From the NCBI GenBank assembly GCA_965227835.1, contig OZ245768.1, positions 390,001 to 422,000 on the forward strand: a DNA stretch of 32,000 bases, in the 5' to 3' direction. This DNA comes from Candidatus Saccharimonadota bacterium (lineage in GTDB: Bacteria > Patescibacteriota > Gracilibacteria > BD1-5 > UBA6164). How positions within the stretch are numbered: position 1 is the stretch's first letter; every line of letters starts with the position of its first letter. Below, in pieces: positions 19,332-30,362 of the stretch. A model generated the notes under the pieces. That model worked only from the letters and a program-made list of their open reading frames with translations. It did not search any database and was not told the origin of the DNA. Both the position numbers and the translations under genes were made by a program.

Positions 19332-20535
19332 GGGTCTGTTGCAAATTAGATTTTAGCTATTAAAAAGAGAAAAAAGAGATATAATTAGATAGTAATTATA
19401 TTCTAAGAAAATACCTATGTGAGAATCAAATCAAATAAGTTTTGTTATCCTAAACGAGCTAATTCCAGAAAATCATCAATATCGTAAATTTAAGAAATTG
19501 TGGAACTTTGATTGAGTAAATAAAATACTAAAAAATATAGATCTATGAAAAACTCATGTATGATATTGAGTAAAAAAATTATTTCTATGTTTACTAATCC
19601 AGTTTATGGAAGATCTATCAGATAGAGAGTTAGAGAAATATCTTGCAGAAAATTTAGCTGGTAAATGGTTTTGCTGATTTAAATTAACAGATAAAACTCC
19701 AGATTATAGTATATTCTCAAGAGCAAGAAAAAAGATATGAACAAATGAACTATCAAAGATATTTGAAGATTTAAAAAATCAATTATCAAATAAGGGGTAT
19801 ATGAGTGAAGTGTTTACATTTGTAGATGCTTCTCATTTAGTTACTAAAGCTAATTTATGGGAAGAAAGAGATAAATGAATAAAAGAATGATATGAAAAAA
19901 TGAATAATGAAACTCTTCCAAAAGTTGCTAATGATAAGGAAGCTAAAATTTGATCTAAGTGAAAAAATAAATTTTGGTATGGTTATAAAAAACACGCTAG
20001 TGTTGATATGCAATCTTGAATGATAAACAAGATAGCTATAACTCAAGCTAATGTAACAGATGCAAAGTGAATGAAACATGTATTACCAAATTCATGAGCA
20101 GTATATGCTGATAAGTGATATTGTATTTGACCAGCTATATTATCATCAAAAAAGAAGTGATTACATTTATGTGCAATAAAGAAGAATAATATGAAAGAGA
20201 AGGATAAGGATAAAGATAGATTTTATTCTAAACTTAGATCTCCTTATGAGAGAGTATTTTCAAAAATGAATCATAGAGTGAGATATAAATCTGTAGTAAA
20301 AAACCAGTTTACTGCATTTATGGAAGCTATATCTTTTAATCTCAAAAGATTGGTTGTATTAGAGGAAATCCCAATAGCTTAGATTAGTTTCCTTAGGTGG
20401 ATTTTGTCTAAAATCCTAAATTATATATAAAAATGGCTATAATTTAACAAAAAATAGATGAATTTTATAAATCTTTCATCTATTTAGTACTTTTCTTAAT
20501 TAAAACTCTTTTTAAAATCAAAACGCAACAGACCC
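19332..20535 (+). mobile_element. IS5-family insertion sequence (about 1.2 kb) with terminal inverted repeats and a 5-bp flanking direct repeat
   Basis: Left end gggtctgttgc at 19332-19342 and right end gcaacagaccc at 20525-20535 form a perfect 11-bp IR. AATAT lies immediately outside both ends (19327-19331 and 20536-20540). It contains one transposase ORF. Confidence 0.8.
19417..20382 (+). CDS. IS5-family DDE transposase (DUF772-type N-terminus)
   Basis: 322 codons translated. LIPENHQYRKF is typical of the InsH/DUF772 N-terminus. FVDASH, AVYADKGY and RSPYERVFSKM match the D, D, E regions of the IS5/IS4 superfamily. I count 17 in-frame TGA, for example in GYGVKK and ADKGY. TAG at 20380-20382. 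Confidence 0.85.
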
Positions 20536-20649
20536 AATATGATAGAATCTATTAACTGTATCTATATATAGGCACTAATATTTATAAACCCATACTTTTA
20601 AATAATTTTTTGCATTAATAAAAAAAGACATATAATAATTTTGTTAAAT

Positions 20650-20856
20650 GAAAAGCATTTGAATCTTGCAGACACAAGATGAGGCTCGAGGAAGAAAGTT
20701 TCTGCCTAAAAATAGAAATTATTAGAACCTTGCGGAGGTGAAATCCTTCGTCAAAAAAAATAAAATTAAGTAAAAGCTTTTTGGTGGCACCTTTCGTAAA
20801 TATTCAAAAATACGAACCAAAAGCACACATCTATATTATGTGTGTTTTTATTTTTT
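20650..20856 (+). promoter_or_regulatory. T-box riboswitch leader controlling aspS
   Basis: The antiterminator is canonical. Helix A1 is gcuuuu(u)gg (20776-20784) paired with ccaaaagc (20817-20824). The 7-nt bulge UGGCACC (20785-20791) matches the T-box UGGNACC. Helix A2 is uucgua/uacgaa (20793-20798 / 20811-20816). The competing terminator aaaagcacacau (20819-20830) / auguguguuuuu (20838-20849) plus a U-run reuses the A1 3' strand. The element lies 13 nt upstream of the aspS ATG. A candidate GAC-A specifier is at 20671-20674. Confidence 0.75.
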
Positions 20857-20868
20857 AATATTAAAAAA

Positions 20869-22704
20869 ATGTTTAGAACTCATAAATGCAACGAACTATC
20901 CTCAAAAAATATTTGAGAAGAAGTTACTTTATCTGGTTGGGTAAGCAACAGAAGAGATCATTGATGAATTATTTTTATAGATCTTAGAGATAGATATTGA
21001 TTAACTCAAATAGTATTTGATCCTAAAGATAATAAAAAATCTTGGGAAACAGCAGATTCTTTTAGGAGTGAATATGTTATAAAAGCTTGTTGAAAAGTAA
21101 GATCAAGACCAGAATGACAAGCTAATCCTAATATGCAAACAGGGGATATAGAAGTAATCATAGAAGGTAATACAGAGATTTTAAGTGTATCAAAAACTCC
21201 ACCTTTTGAAGTAGATGATTTTTGAGAATTAGCAAATGAGGAAGTAAGGTACAAATACAGATATATAGATTTAAGAAGACCTAAAGCTTTAGAAAATATT
21301 AAATTTAGATCAAACTTTCTTACATATACAAGAAACTGGTTCGTATCTAGAGATTTTTTAGACATTCAAACACCTATTTTCACAGCATCTTCTCCGGAAT
21401 GAGCAAGAGATTTTATAATTCCTTCTAGACTACATCCAGGTAAATTTTATGCGTTACCTCAAGCTCCTCAGCAATATAAACAGCTTTTGATGGTATGATG
21501 AGTAGATAAATATTTTCAAATAGCACCTTGTTTTAGAGATGAAGATCCTAGAGCTGATAGACATGCTTGTGAGTTTTATCAAATAGATTGTGAGATGAGT
21601 TTTGTAAAACAAGAAGATATATTTGAAGTAGTTGAAAATTATCTAACTGATGTAGTTTGAGAACTATCAGATAAAAAAATAACCTCTAAATCTATTTTTT
21701 CTCAAAAAGAAGAAACTAGTAAACTTAGATTTTCTCAAATTTCATATTTAGAATCTATGGAATTTTTTGGTACAGATAAACCAGATTTGAGATATGATAT
21801 GAAACTTATAGACGTAGCTAATATATTCTCTAGATCACAAAATGAGATTTTTAGCTCCATAGCTTCTGATTCAAAAAATAATAGAATAAAAGCTATAAAA
21901 GTAACAAATTGAGATAATTTATTTTCCAAAACTCAAATGAAAAATTTTGAGAAATATGTTTCTCAATTTTGAGCTAAAGGTCTTTGATATTTTCAAATGA
22001 AGCAAGAAGGTTTGAAATGACCTTTAAATAAATTTTTCAGTGATAAAGATTTGTCAGATATAATAGAGATTACTGATTTGAAAGTTTGAGATGTAGTTTT
22101 TTTTGGAGCTTGAGATAAAAATACAGTACTTGATTATATGTGAAAATTTAGAGTATATTTATCTAAGTTAATTGATGAAATTATGTGATGAGAATTTATT
22201 CCAAAAGATGAATTAGCCTTTTGTTGGATTACTGATTTTCCTATGTTTGAGATAAGTGAAATTAATTGAAAGATAGACTTTGGTCATAATCCCTTTTCTA
22301 TGCCAAAATGATGAATAAAAGCTTTTGAAAAAGAAAATTTGCTAGAAGTAGAATCAGATCAATATGATTTATCTTGTAATGGTTATGAGGTATTATCAGG
22401 TTCTATTAGAAATCATGATTTTAAATCTTTGGTTAAAGCTTTTGAAAAAATATGAAGAAATGAAGAAGAAGTAAAAGAAAAATTTGGGGCTATGTATGAA
22501 GCTCTTCAATATTGAGTTCCTCCTCATGGAGGTTTTGCTATAGGGATGGATAGGCTTATTATGATTTTGAAAGATGAGGATAATATTAGAGAAATATATG
22601 CCTTTCCTAAATCTGGTAGAGCTCAGGATTTGATGATTAATGCTCCTTCTTTTGTTGAGGATATTCAACTGAAAGAATTGAATATAAATGTTTTGAAGAA
22701 GTAG
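20869..22704 (+). CDS. aspS: aspartate--tRNA ligase (bacterial type)
   Basis: 612 codons checked. The N-terminus [52 protein letters not shown] has TGA at the conserved Gly positions. Other motifs: [33 protein letters not shown] and [17 protein letters not shown] at 22702-22704. Confidence 0.95.
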
Positions 22705-22882
22705 GGGAATGGTTTAATAATTTTAAAAATTCTAAATTTTCTTCTTAATTAATTGCACTTCACTTCTTATTTTGGTGTAGTTATTGATTCTACAGCTGAA
22801 AATGAATCTAAAGAGCATGAAAATAAGAACAAAACTTTTATGGAAGTTTTGGATGTTTTGTATAAAAATTTTTGATAATTCT

Positions 22883-22910
22883 TTGACAGAATTAAACTAT
22901 TTCTTATAAA
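22883..22910 (+). promoter_or_regulatory. sigma70-like promoter (TTGACA-16-TATAAA) for the lipoprotein gene
   Basis: ttgaca at 22883-22888 and tataaa at 22905-22910. Confidence 0.4.
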
Positions 22911-22945
22911 GAAATTACTTTTGTTAAACTAAAGAGGAGGGAGTT

Positions 22946-23371
22946 ATGTATTTTGCAAAAGTTTTTTTTCTTATTGCTATATTGCTACAATTATCATCCT
23001 GTATTTCTACTAATACATATAACAAATATAAAGGATGTGAAATTGTTAATGGTACTTTTATTGGTTTAAAAACTCCTGGAAAAATAGCATGCTTTGATAA
23101 AATACAGGGTGATGTTTTAAGGGTATATTATGAATCATATAGACATAGTAAATCTAGAACACTTATAAAATTTTCACTATATGATAAACTATCCAATATA
23201 TCAAAAAGTGAAAATCCTATTTCTAAATATACCATATCATCTAAAAAAAATCCTATTTATTTACTTAATGTATGCTATAATGGTTATCATCATAGACTTT
23301 ATGCTAAAGCTAATTATAAGGAATTGGAGTTTGAATTTCGTAAGTTAAAAAGTAGATTAAAAAGATGTTAA
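22946..23371 (+). CDS. putative lipoprotein (141 aa)
   Basis: Intact in the ORF track. Strong SD agaggaggg. Signal peptide with lipobox LQLSSC. All six Gly are GGN, with no TGA. Ends in TAA plus a strong terminator. Confidence 0.75.
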   Translation: MYFAKVFFLIAILLQLSSCISTNTYNKYKGCEIVNGTFIGLKTPGKIACFDKIQGDVLRVYYESYRHSKSRTLIKFSLYDKLSNISKSENPISKYTISSKKNPIYLLNVCYNGYHHRLYAKANYKELEFEFRKLKSRLKRC

Positions 23372-23390
23372 TATATAGTTTTAAGAACTA

Positions 23391-23428
23391 AAAAACTCCC
23401 CAAAACTTAAACTTTTTGGGGAGTTTTT
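23391..23428. terminator. bidirectional intrinsic terminator (15-bp stem)
   Basis: aaaaactccccaaaa-cttaaact-ttttggggagttttt. It lies between the lipoprotein stop (23371) and the giant ORF stop (23431). Confidence 0.8.
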
Positions 23429-23430
23429 CT

Positions 23431-26400
23431 TTACTCTATATTATCTTTTATATATTCTAAAGATTTTCAAGGATGATTAAACATAGTTATATCGTTATCT
23501 CATATTTCTTCCAAAGTAGGTATAGAAGAATCAAAGCCTTTATCTTTTAAGAAATCTTTTATCTTTGTATCACCAAGCATATCATAAATCAAAAGTAGTA
23601 TAGCATTTATATTTTCCTCATTTTTTTCTGATTTTTGATTTAAAATAGGTGTTAAATACTTATCTTTCATATATTTAAAAATCACTTTGTCTTTTCAAGA
23701 TAGGTTTATTCTCATCATTTCCACTTGGTATTTTAATATATAATCCTGTAAAACCCTATAATCATATCAGACTTTTCATATACCTTTATCTAAATTATTA
23801 GTAATATAGCTTAATCAGTAAATTTTGCCTCCAATTCATTTACTGAATTTTTTTTCTATCATTTTCTCTGGTATATCTATATCTGGATTTATCAATTTTA
23901 AAATTCTTACTATGTAGTTTTCACCTATAGCAAACATCATATTATTTTCTCCTTGATTCATTCATAAAAGAATCATAGCATAATAAGATTTTCTTGACTG
24001 TTCATCTAAAATAATTTCTATTGGATTTTCCTTTACTAAATTAAATAATATATGTGAAAAATGATTACTTATATCCATTAGTTTTGCCTTAGCTATATGT
24101 GTTGACATAACTTGTCAGACTAAATTATTATTTTTTTTACTAGATTTACTCCAAGTTGAATCTTCCCATAAGGTTGTTGAGAAATCTTGTATTACATCTC
24201 TAAGTATTTCTCTTTCTTCCTCTCAAAGTCTAAAAACTCACCTTTCTTTTTCGGGTATTTTTTGCCACTCCCTTTTTCTGTCTTTTATTATCTCATGTAC
24301 TTTTCTAAGTTTACCAATTTCTTCGTCTACATATCTAAAACTTTCCCCATTTGTATATAAAAAATCAAGAACTTCTCTTTGGTGTAAAAATGATATTGAA
24401 TCTAAAACCCAGTCAGGATCTAGAAATTTTAATTTGATTTGATAATCTCATAAAGAGCTTGTATATTCTTTTCAGAATATAGAATAATAAATATTTAGAA
24501 CTCTTTTTAAATTTTTTCTTGAAATTATTCCATATCAAAAGTTACCTTCACCATTTTCTGATTCTATAAATCTTGATATGTCAAGTAGGGAAGCTATATT
24601 TTCATTTCTTGCTACTAAATCAATTACTTCATCTGCGGTTCTATCATCTCCCACTCTTTCCATTTTATTTATTTTAAATTCTTCAATTATATCTAAAATA
24701 TCACTTATATCTATTGACATACTAGAATTAACATTGATATTCCTCTTGTTCATAAAATCAACTCTATTATCCTCATTTAAATACCTTCATTTTTTTTCTA
24801 GTACAAAATATAGAAAATATTGTCTCTGTAATGGATCAAGATTTCTGATGTATGAAAGTTCAGGATGTTTAAATTCATGATAATATAGTTCATTTGTTAT
24901 ATTATTAAAAATATCTGTAACAGAATCGTTTGGATAAAATACTATATTACCAAAATCTCTTTGTTTTGCTCTCTTTTCTCTTTTATCTTTAATTTCTCCT
25001 CTTCTTTTTTCTATATAACGATTATGAGGTATAGTTTTTGTTTCAAAATAGGGAAGAGGTATATTCACCACTAATGCTCATGGATTTACTTCTCCTTCTG
25101 TCTGTAAATAACCAAAAACTTGAAGTCATTTTATTTGTTCTCCATAATAATATTTTACAAGGTCCATATAATGAGGTGAAGTTATATCCAATCATTCTTG
25201 TATGGTTATTACTTCTTTGAGTGTATTGAAAAGACTATCTCAATACCTAAGAGCATATGTTGTTTTTATTTTTGTATCTTTGTAAAGACTATTTTTTTCT
25301 ATTCTTTTGAAAATTGATCATTCTCATGGGCTTATTATTTCTGGAATATAATATGAACTACTTGTAAGAAACTCCCAAAAAAATCTTACCCTTGATCTCA
25401 TAGTTTCTCTTTCCTCTTTTAATGGATTACTATAACCATGTACTCAATCAATAACTGTTAATCATCAAAGCTCTATTTCATCCTCAGGAAATACTTTTAT
25501 AGATTCAATATTTTCTCTCAAAAGATCTAAGAATTCTTTTGCTTTTACTTCTCTTTTTTTGAAATGCTCTGTTATAAAAAATTTCTGTCCTTCATAAATT
25601 TCAAAGATCATTCCATTATTTTCTATTTCATATCTTATACATGAATTAAAATCATCTTTGTTTATAAGTCTTTTATTTCCTTGAAACCAGCTATTTTTTT
25701 TAACACAATCTTCAGCTATTTTTATAAATTTATATTTTTCATATTCTTTTCTTAAATCTATTTTTTCTCAGTTTATTTTAATATCTATCAATTCAGCATA
25801 TTTTCATATTCCAGAATAAATATTATTTCTAAATGAATAATAATCTTTATCTCAAGAACCATCGATATCTAATCTATTTTGTATAAAGTGTCTTAGAAAG
25901 TGTATTATATCCATACTTTCTTCACTTATTTTTAGATTTTTATTTCTGTCTAGTTGATTAATTTCTTTAGTTAATTCACTTATTATACTATTTAGTGTTT
26001 TTATATTTAAGATAGCTCTATTATAGTTTATGTAATCAAAATGTATTTCTGGAGCTTTTAAATTCTTCGGTATAGTTTTATTTGGATTTTCCAACATATA
26101 TTTTAACAATTCTTCGCTAGCCTTTCTCTCTAGTAAACTTATAATAGTATCTCTTCTTTCTTCTTCTCTTTTTAATCTTAATTTTTTTAATCTTATCTCT
26201 TCCAAAAATACTTCTGGGTCATATCAAAAAAAATTTTGATATAATTGCTCCCTTCATCTTTTTATCCTGCTTTTTGTGATTTTCATTTCTGAGGCTTTGA
26301 AAGAAAAACTTTTTTCACCTAGAATTAATCATACATGAGTATTTGGATGAAATCATCCTCAACTTTCCATATATTCTCTTACATTTCTCTTGAAACTAGA

Positions 26401-27876
26401 ATATCTAAAAAGCATTGTTACTAGAGATCAATAGTATTTATCAGGATCTGCCATCATTTGAGTATATGAAGACTTTATATCTTGTATATAAGCATCATAA
26501 CTTTTATTATCTTCGTAAAAAGGTGAATCAATAGTTGTTCTTCTTTTATCAAAATATTGTCTAAAATCAAAACTATTCTCAAATCATATTTTTTTTAGTT
26601 CATCAGGTAGTATCCAAGCATCTATATTTTCTTTTATTATAAATGAATTTTCTTCATAAGAAGCTTTTTCAGGATCTATTCAAAATCACATTAGTTTTCT
26701 TATCATATTTGCACATCATACCAAATTTTCAAATGCTATATCAACTATTCTAGGTAGCCTTGATTCTCATAGAGTCATTTCAGACTCAGAAAACCATGAA
26801 AGAGTATTTAAATATCATAGCTTTTTAACTTTTTCAGGATATAGTCTATCATATATTTCTAATGTTTGTCTCCTAAGATTTTCTCTTGTTACTCAAATTA
26901 TTCAGGAATACTCTTCTGATTCTACTTCTACTGATTCTAGTATAGATCCTATAGTATCTCATTTTTTTATTACTATTTCGTGTTCTGACATAAATCTATA
27001 TCTTGTTACTTTTGAAGAGTTTTCATCAAAAACTACTTTTAATTCTCACATATCCAGTAAATCTCTTCAGTTGTCTAAATAAATCTTAGTTCATTTTACT
27101 ATTACTTTCCATCAAGGTTGTATATGAGTGTCCTTAAAATCTATAATTTGGGGTTTATATCAAGAGTATTCTCACTTTTTTTCTCTAAGCATTACCGAAA
27201 ATTCTCTTCATCATAAAAATTGGAAAACTACTTCTGTCCCTTTCAATAAACTTAAATTATCATATTTTTCTGCCAATACCTCATCAGCAACTATTTTTCT
27301 TATTACACTTCAAAGATGTGTTATTTCTGGTGTTTCATATACAGCCATAGTTTTTTCTCCTCTATCTACATATATATAGTGAGTAAGATTTTTATTTGGT
27401 TGTTTTATTACTATTCTATCATTTTCTATTTCTAGTTCATCATTATCTTCTACTTCTATCCGATCAGCTCTTTCTCAAAGTTCTCTATTTCATATTACTT
27501 GATTAACTACTTCTCCTAGAGAATCTCATGTGTTTAAATCTACTTTTCATAAGGCTAAAGCATTCATATATTCAATATCATTTAATCAAGGATCTTCATT
27601 AATTTGATTTAGTTTATATATAAATTCTGGTTCATTGTCTTTTTTATGTTCATATATATCTTCTAGGTATATTATATTTTCTCTTTGTTTATTTCATATA
27701 ATTCAAGTAGCTATGGGAGTATAATAAGATTTATTTTGTCCTGTGCTAGATGATACTATATCAAGAAACTTTAGATTGTATCAATCTAAAGTTTCTTGTA
27801 TTTCTATTTCTGGTAGACTAGCATTAGCAGTTCCAGCTAAAAGAGCTCATACTATTAATAATTTCTTTTTGCTCAT
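23431..27876 (-). CDS. giant secreted protein, 1481 aa, no recognisable domain
   Basis: All 1482 codons were read individually, and there is no TAA/TAG from 27876 down to TAA at 23431-23433. ORF-track fragments 23500..23685, 24535..24753, 24787..25071 and 25852..26205 are all in this one frame, separated only by TGA. The N-terminus MSKKKLLIVGALLAGTANA/SLPE is a Sec signal peptide with an AxA site. Confidence 0.8.
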
Positions 27877-28042
27877 TTTTTGTTTTTGTTTTTATTTTGA
27901 TTTTTTGAGTTTTCAATTTGATTTTTATGTTAAAAATCTTTTTAAATTTTTTTAAAATTTATTTTCATTGTTTTCTTTTTATATCACGATATCTCCCTTG
28001 ATATTCATTAAATTTTTGTGGAAACATACTATCATAATAATA

Positions 28043-28885
28043 TTTATATATACTTCATAACTCACCAGCTCATATTTCCATTCTTTCCCATAATCCTACG
28101 AAGGTTTTGTCATCAGAACTTTCTAATAAACTTAACCAAAAATCCATTAATTCCTTTCCAATTTTTTCCCTGTTTTCTCATTCTTCTAAGACAATCTCTT
28201 CCATAGGTTTACATAACTTGCCTTCTCCCCAATAGTTAGCTGCACTATTATCTACAACTACGGGTAAATCTTCATTTATAATTTCTGTTTGAGTTGAACA
28301 CATTTTATTTAAATTGCTTATTATAGAATTTATTCTACTATTTATATTTGAAATATTTTCACTATTTTTTTCTTCTCTATTTATTAGATAATCATGCATT
28401 TCATTAAGAATATCAAACACTCCATCAATACTTTCTTTTCTTCTATTAGATAATTCTGTTTCTATTTCTCTTATTCTTTCATCAAAAACTGTAAAATTTT
28501 CACCTGATTCTAGACTTAAACCAATAAATTGGCTATTTAAAGAATCTATTTTTTCCTGTAATATTGCTAAAGTAGATAAATTACTATTACCCATTCACAT
28601 TTCTTCTAGAAGATTTTCTATAGCATCTAACTGGTTTCTAAAATCTTGATTTTCTATCATAAGTCTTTCATTTTCTCTTGTAATTCTTTTATTATCATTT
28701 TGTAAATTTTCATTAACACATCATAAAGAATCTACTTCTCTTCCTAGAGCATCTAATTTTTCTCTTGTATCACCACCTATAATAAACTCAGATACTCCAG
28801 ATAACCAAGAGGAATTTTCATTATTACTTCCTTCTCCATTATTTTCTGGAATATCACATTCATATCTGTTTTCTAAATTTCCCAT
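28043..28885 (-). CDS. coiled-coil protein (280 aa), hypothetical
   Basis: 281 codons checked. It extends ORF-track fragment 28178..28594 in both directions across TGA. It starts MGNLENRYECDIPENNGEG, has heptad-like E/N/L-rich stretches, and ends in a W-rich tail. TAA at 28043-28045. Confidence 0.65.
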
Positions 28886-28937
28886 AAAAATTAAATTAAA
28901 AAATTATTTTATAAATTGTTTTGTTATTTTTTTATAT

Positions 28938-30197
28938 CTATCTTGTAAATGTTTTCTCTTTCTCTACATCCTCTCTTCCTGATTTAAAAGCAGGCCGTTC
29001 TGGTTTAATTATTTTGAATCAACCTTGCCTGTTTCTTATTAATAATTTACCTTCTAAACTTTCAAAAGATACTTTAAGAATGGTAACTTCCTCAACTTGT
29101 TTTCATCATTCTTTTCTATAAACCACAAAATTAGTATGTTCAGGATTATCTTTATTTCTTTCAATTTTGTTAGGTATATAAAACTTTATAGCTCTTGGGT
29201 TGGTTCATACACTAATACGTCTTTCACCCATATCATAATCTAATTTAAAACCCTTAGATTCTTTTCTAAGTCTATCTTGATGTGCTTTTCCAACAAATTC
29301 ACTCACATATGGTTCATCATATATAGTAACATCAGGATTTTCCTCTAAATCTTCAGGACTACTTACAGCCTCACTTTTACTTGCTTTTGGTTCTGTTTCA
29401 GCTGAAGTATTACTATCAGAGACATTACTATCATGACTTGTTTCTGTGTCTTCTATTTCTTCTAATTCTAGTGGAATTTCATTTGGTACTTGTACTACTG
29501 CTCCTTGACTCTCACTTAGATTTTCTTCTTCGTCTAGTTCTACTTCTACTTTGGGTTCTTGTATTATTGTAGCCTCTTGGCTTTTTGGTAATTCAGTTCC
29601 TTTAATCTGTCATATATATCTTTCTTTTCTAGTATTTGGATTATATATATATATATTGTTTCAACTTATAACTACTTTTTCTTCTAGTAAAATCTTATGA
29701 CTCTCTTCATTCAAATCTAAATCTGATTCTTTAAGTCACATATTTTGTTCAAGGATATTGAACACACTATCTCAAGATTTTACATCAAATTCATAATCAT
29801 ACTGCTTAACTTCCAATCATTCTATTCAAAATCATTGTTCTACTTTTCATACTGGAATCAATTTATCACCATTTTTTCTGTAAACAATATCTCATTCTAA
29901 TTTCAATATAATTCTGTCTTCTGGCCACACCATATCTGCTTTTTTGTTCCATATAATTCTATTTCATTTAGTGGTCAATGCATTTATATAACTAAGCCAG
30001 TCTCAAGAGTGTCTTATTTCTAATCATTTTGGGCTTCTAAGCTCTCCTATTATAGAATCACTTATTTGTTCTTTTAGTTCATCCATTTTTAAAGAAGATG
30101 TTTGTTCTATCATCTCTTTTATAGCTTTTAGAGAGAGATTTTCCTCTCTTGCTTGTCTAAAGCTTTCAAAATGGATTTCTCAAAAATTTTCGCTCAT
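28938..30197 (-). CDS. hypothetical acidic protein (419 aa)
   Basis: 420 codons checked triplet by triplet, from ATG at 30195-30197 to TAG at 28938-28940. The central region is highly acidic and low-complexity (EPKVEVELDEEENLSES...EEIEDTETSHDSNVSDSNTSAETEP). I recognise no motif. Confidence 0.65.
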
Positions 30198-30228
30198 AAT
30201 TTTTTTATATTTTTAATTTTACACGTAA

Positions 30229-30257
30229 ATTGTAACATATATTTTTTTGAGAGTCAA
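30229..30257 (-). promoter_or_regulatory. sigma70-like promoter with extended -10 for the minus-strand three-gene operon
   Basis: On the minus strand: ttgact (30252-30257), 17 nt, then tgt-tacaat (tacaat at 30229-30234). It lies about 30 nt upstream of the ATG at 30197. Confidence 0.45.
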
Positions 30258-30304
30258 AAAACTGACTACAATGTTTTTTATATCTTACAAAATAAAAAGT
30301 TGTT

Positions 30305-30332
30305 TTGACTTATATTTCGGCAAAACTATAAT
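30305..30332 (+). promoter_or_regulatory. sigma70-like promoter (TTGACT-16-TATAAT) for corA
   Basis: ttgact at 30305-30310 and tataat at 30327-30332, 30 nt upstream of the corA ATG. Confidence 0.45.
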
Positions 30333-30362
30333 AATTTTAGTTTTTTATTTTAAAGTTATTTT

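Noticed and set aside
20663-20680. Firm assignment of GAC at 20671-20673 as the T-box specifier codon
   Set aside because: The codon sits in a terminal hairpin loop, whereas canonical specifiers lie in an internal loop on the 3' side of Stem I. I could not fold a convincing Stem I by eye, so I kept it only as a candidate.
22753-22878. 41-codon TTG-initiated ORF in the aspS-lipoprotein spacer (...ENESKEHENKNKTFMEVLDVLYKNFG)
   Set aside because: It has no ATG, no SD and no recognisable motif, and it overlaps the region just upstream of the predicted lipoprotein promoter. It may be a gene remnant, but I cannot support it from sequence alone.
24535-26205. ORF-track minus-strand ORFs 24535..24753, 24787..25071 and 25852..26205 as separate small genes
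   Set aside because: All are in the same frame and separated only by TGA codons. They are internal pieces of the 23431..27876 ORF. Two of their apparent starts are GTG or TTG codons inside that ORF.
26704-26721. VGCANM in the giant protein as a possible L,D-transpeptidase or cysteine-peptidase active site
   Set aside because: There is no appropriately spaced upstream His and no surrounding YkuD-like motif, so the match is too short to mean anything.
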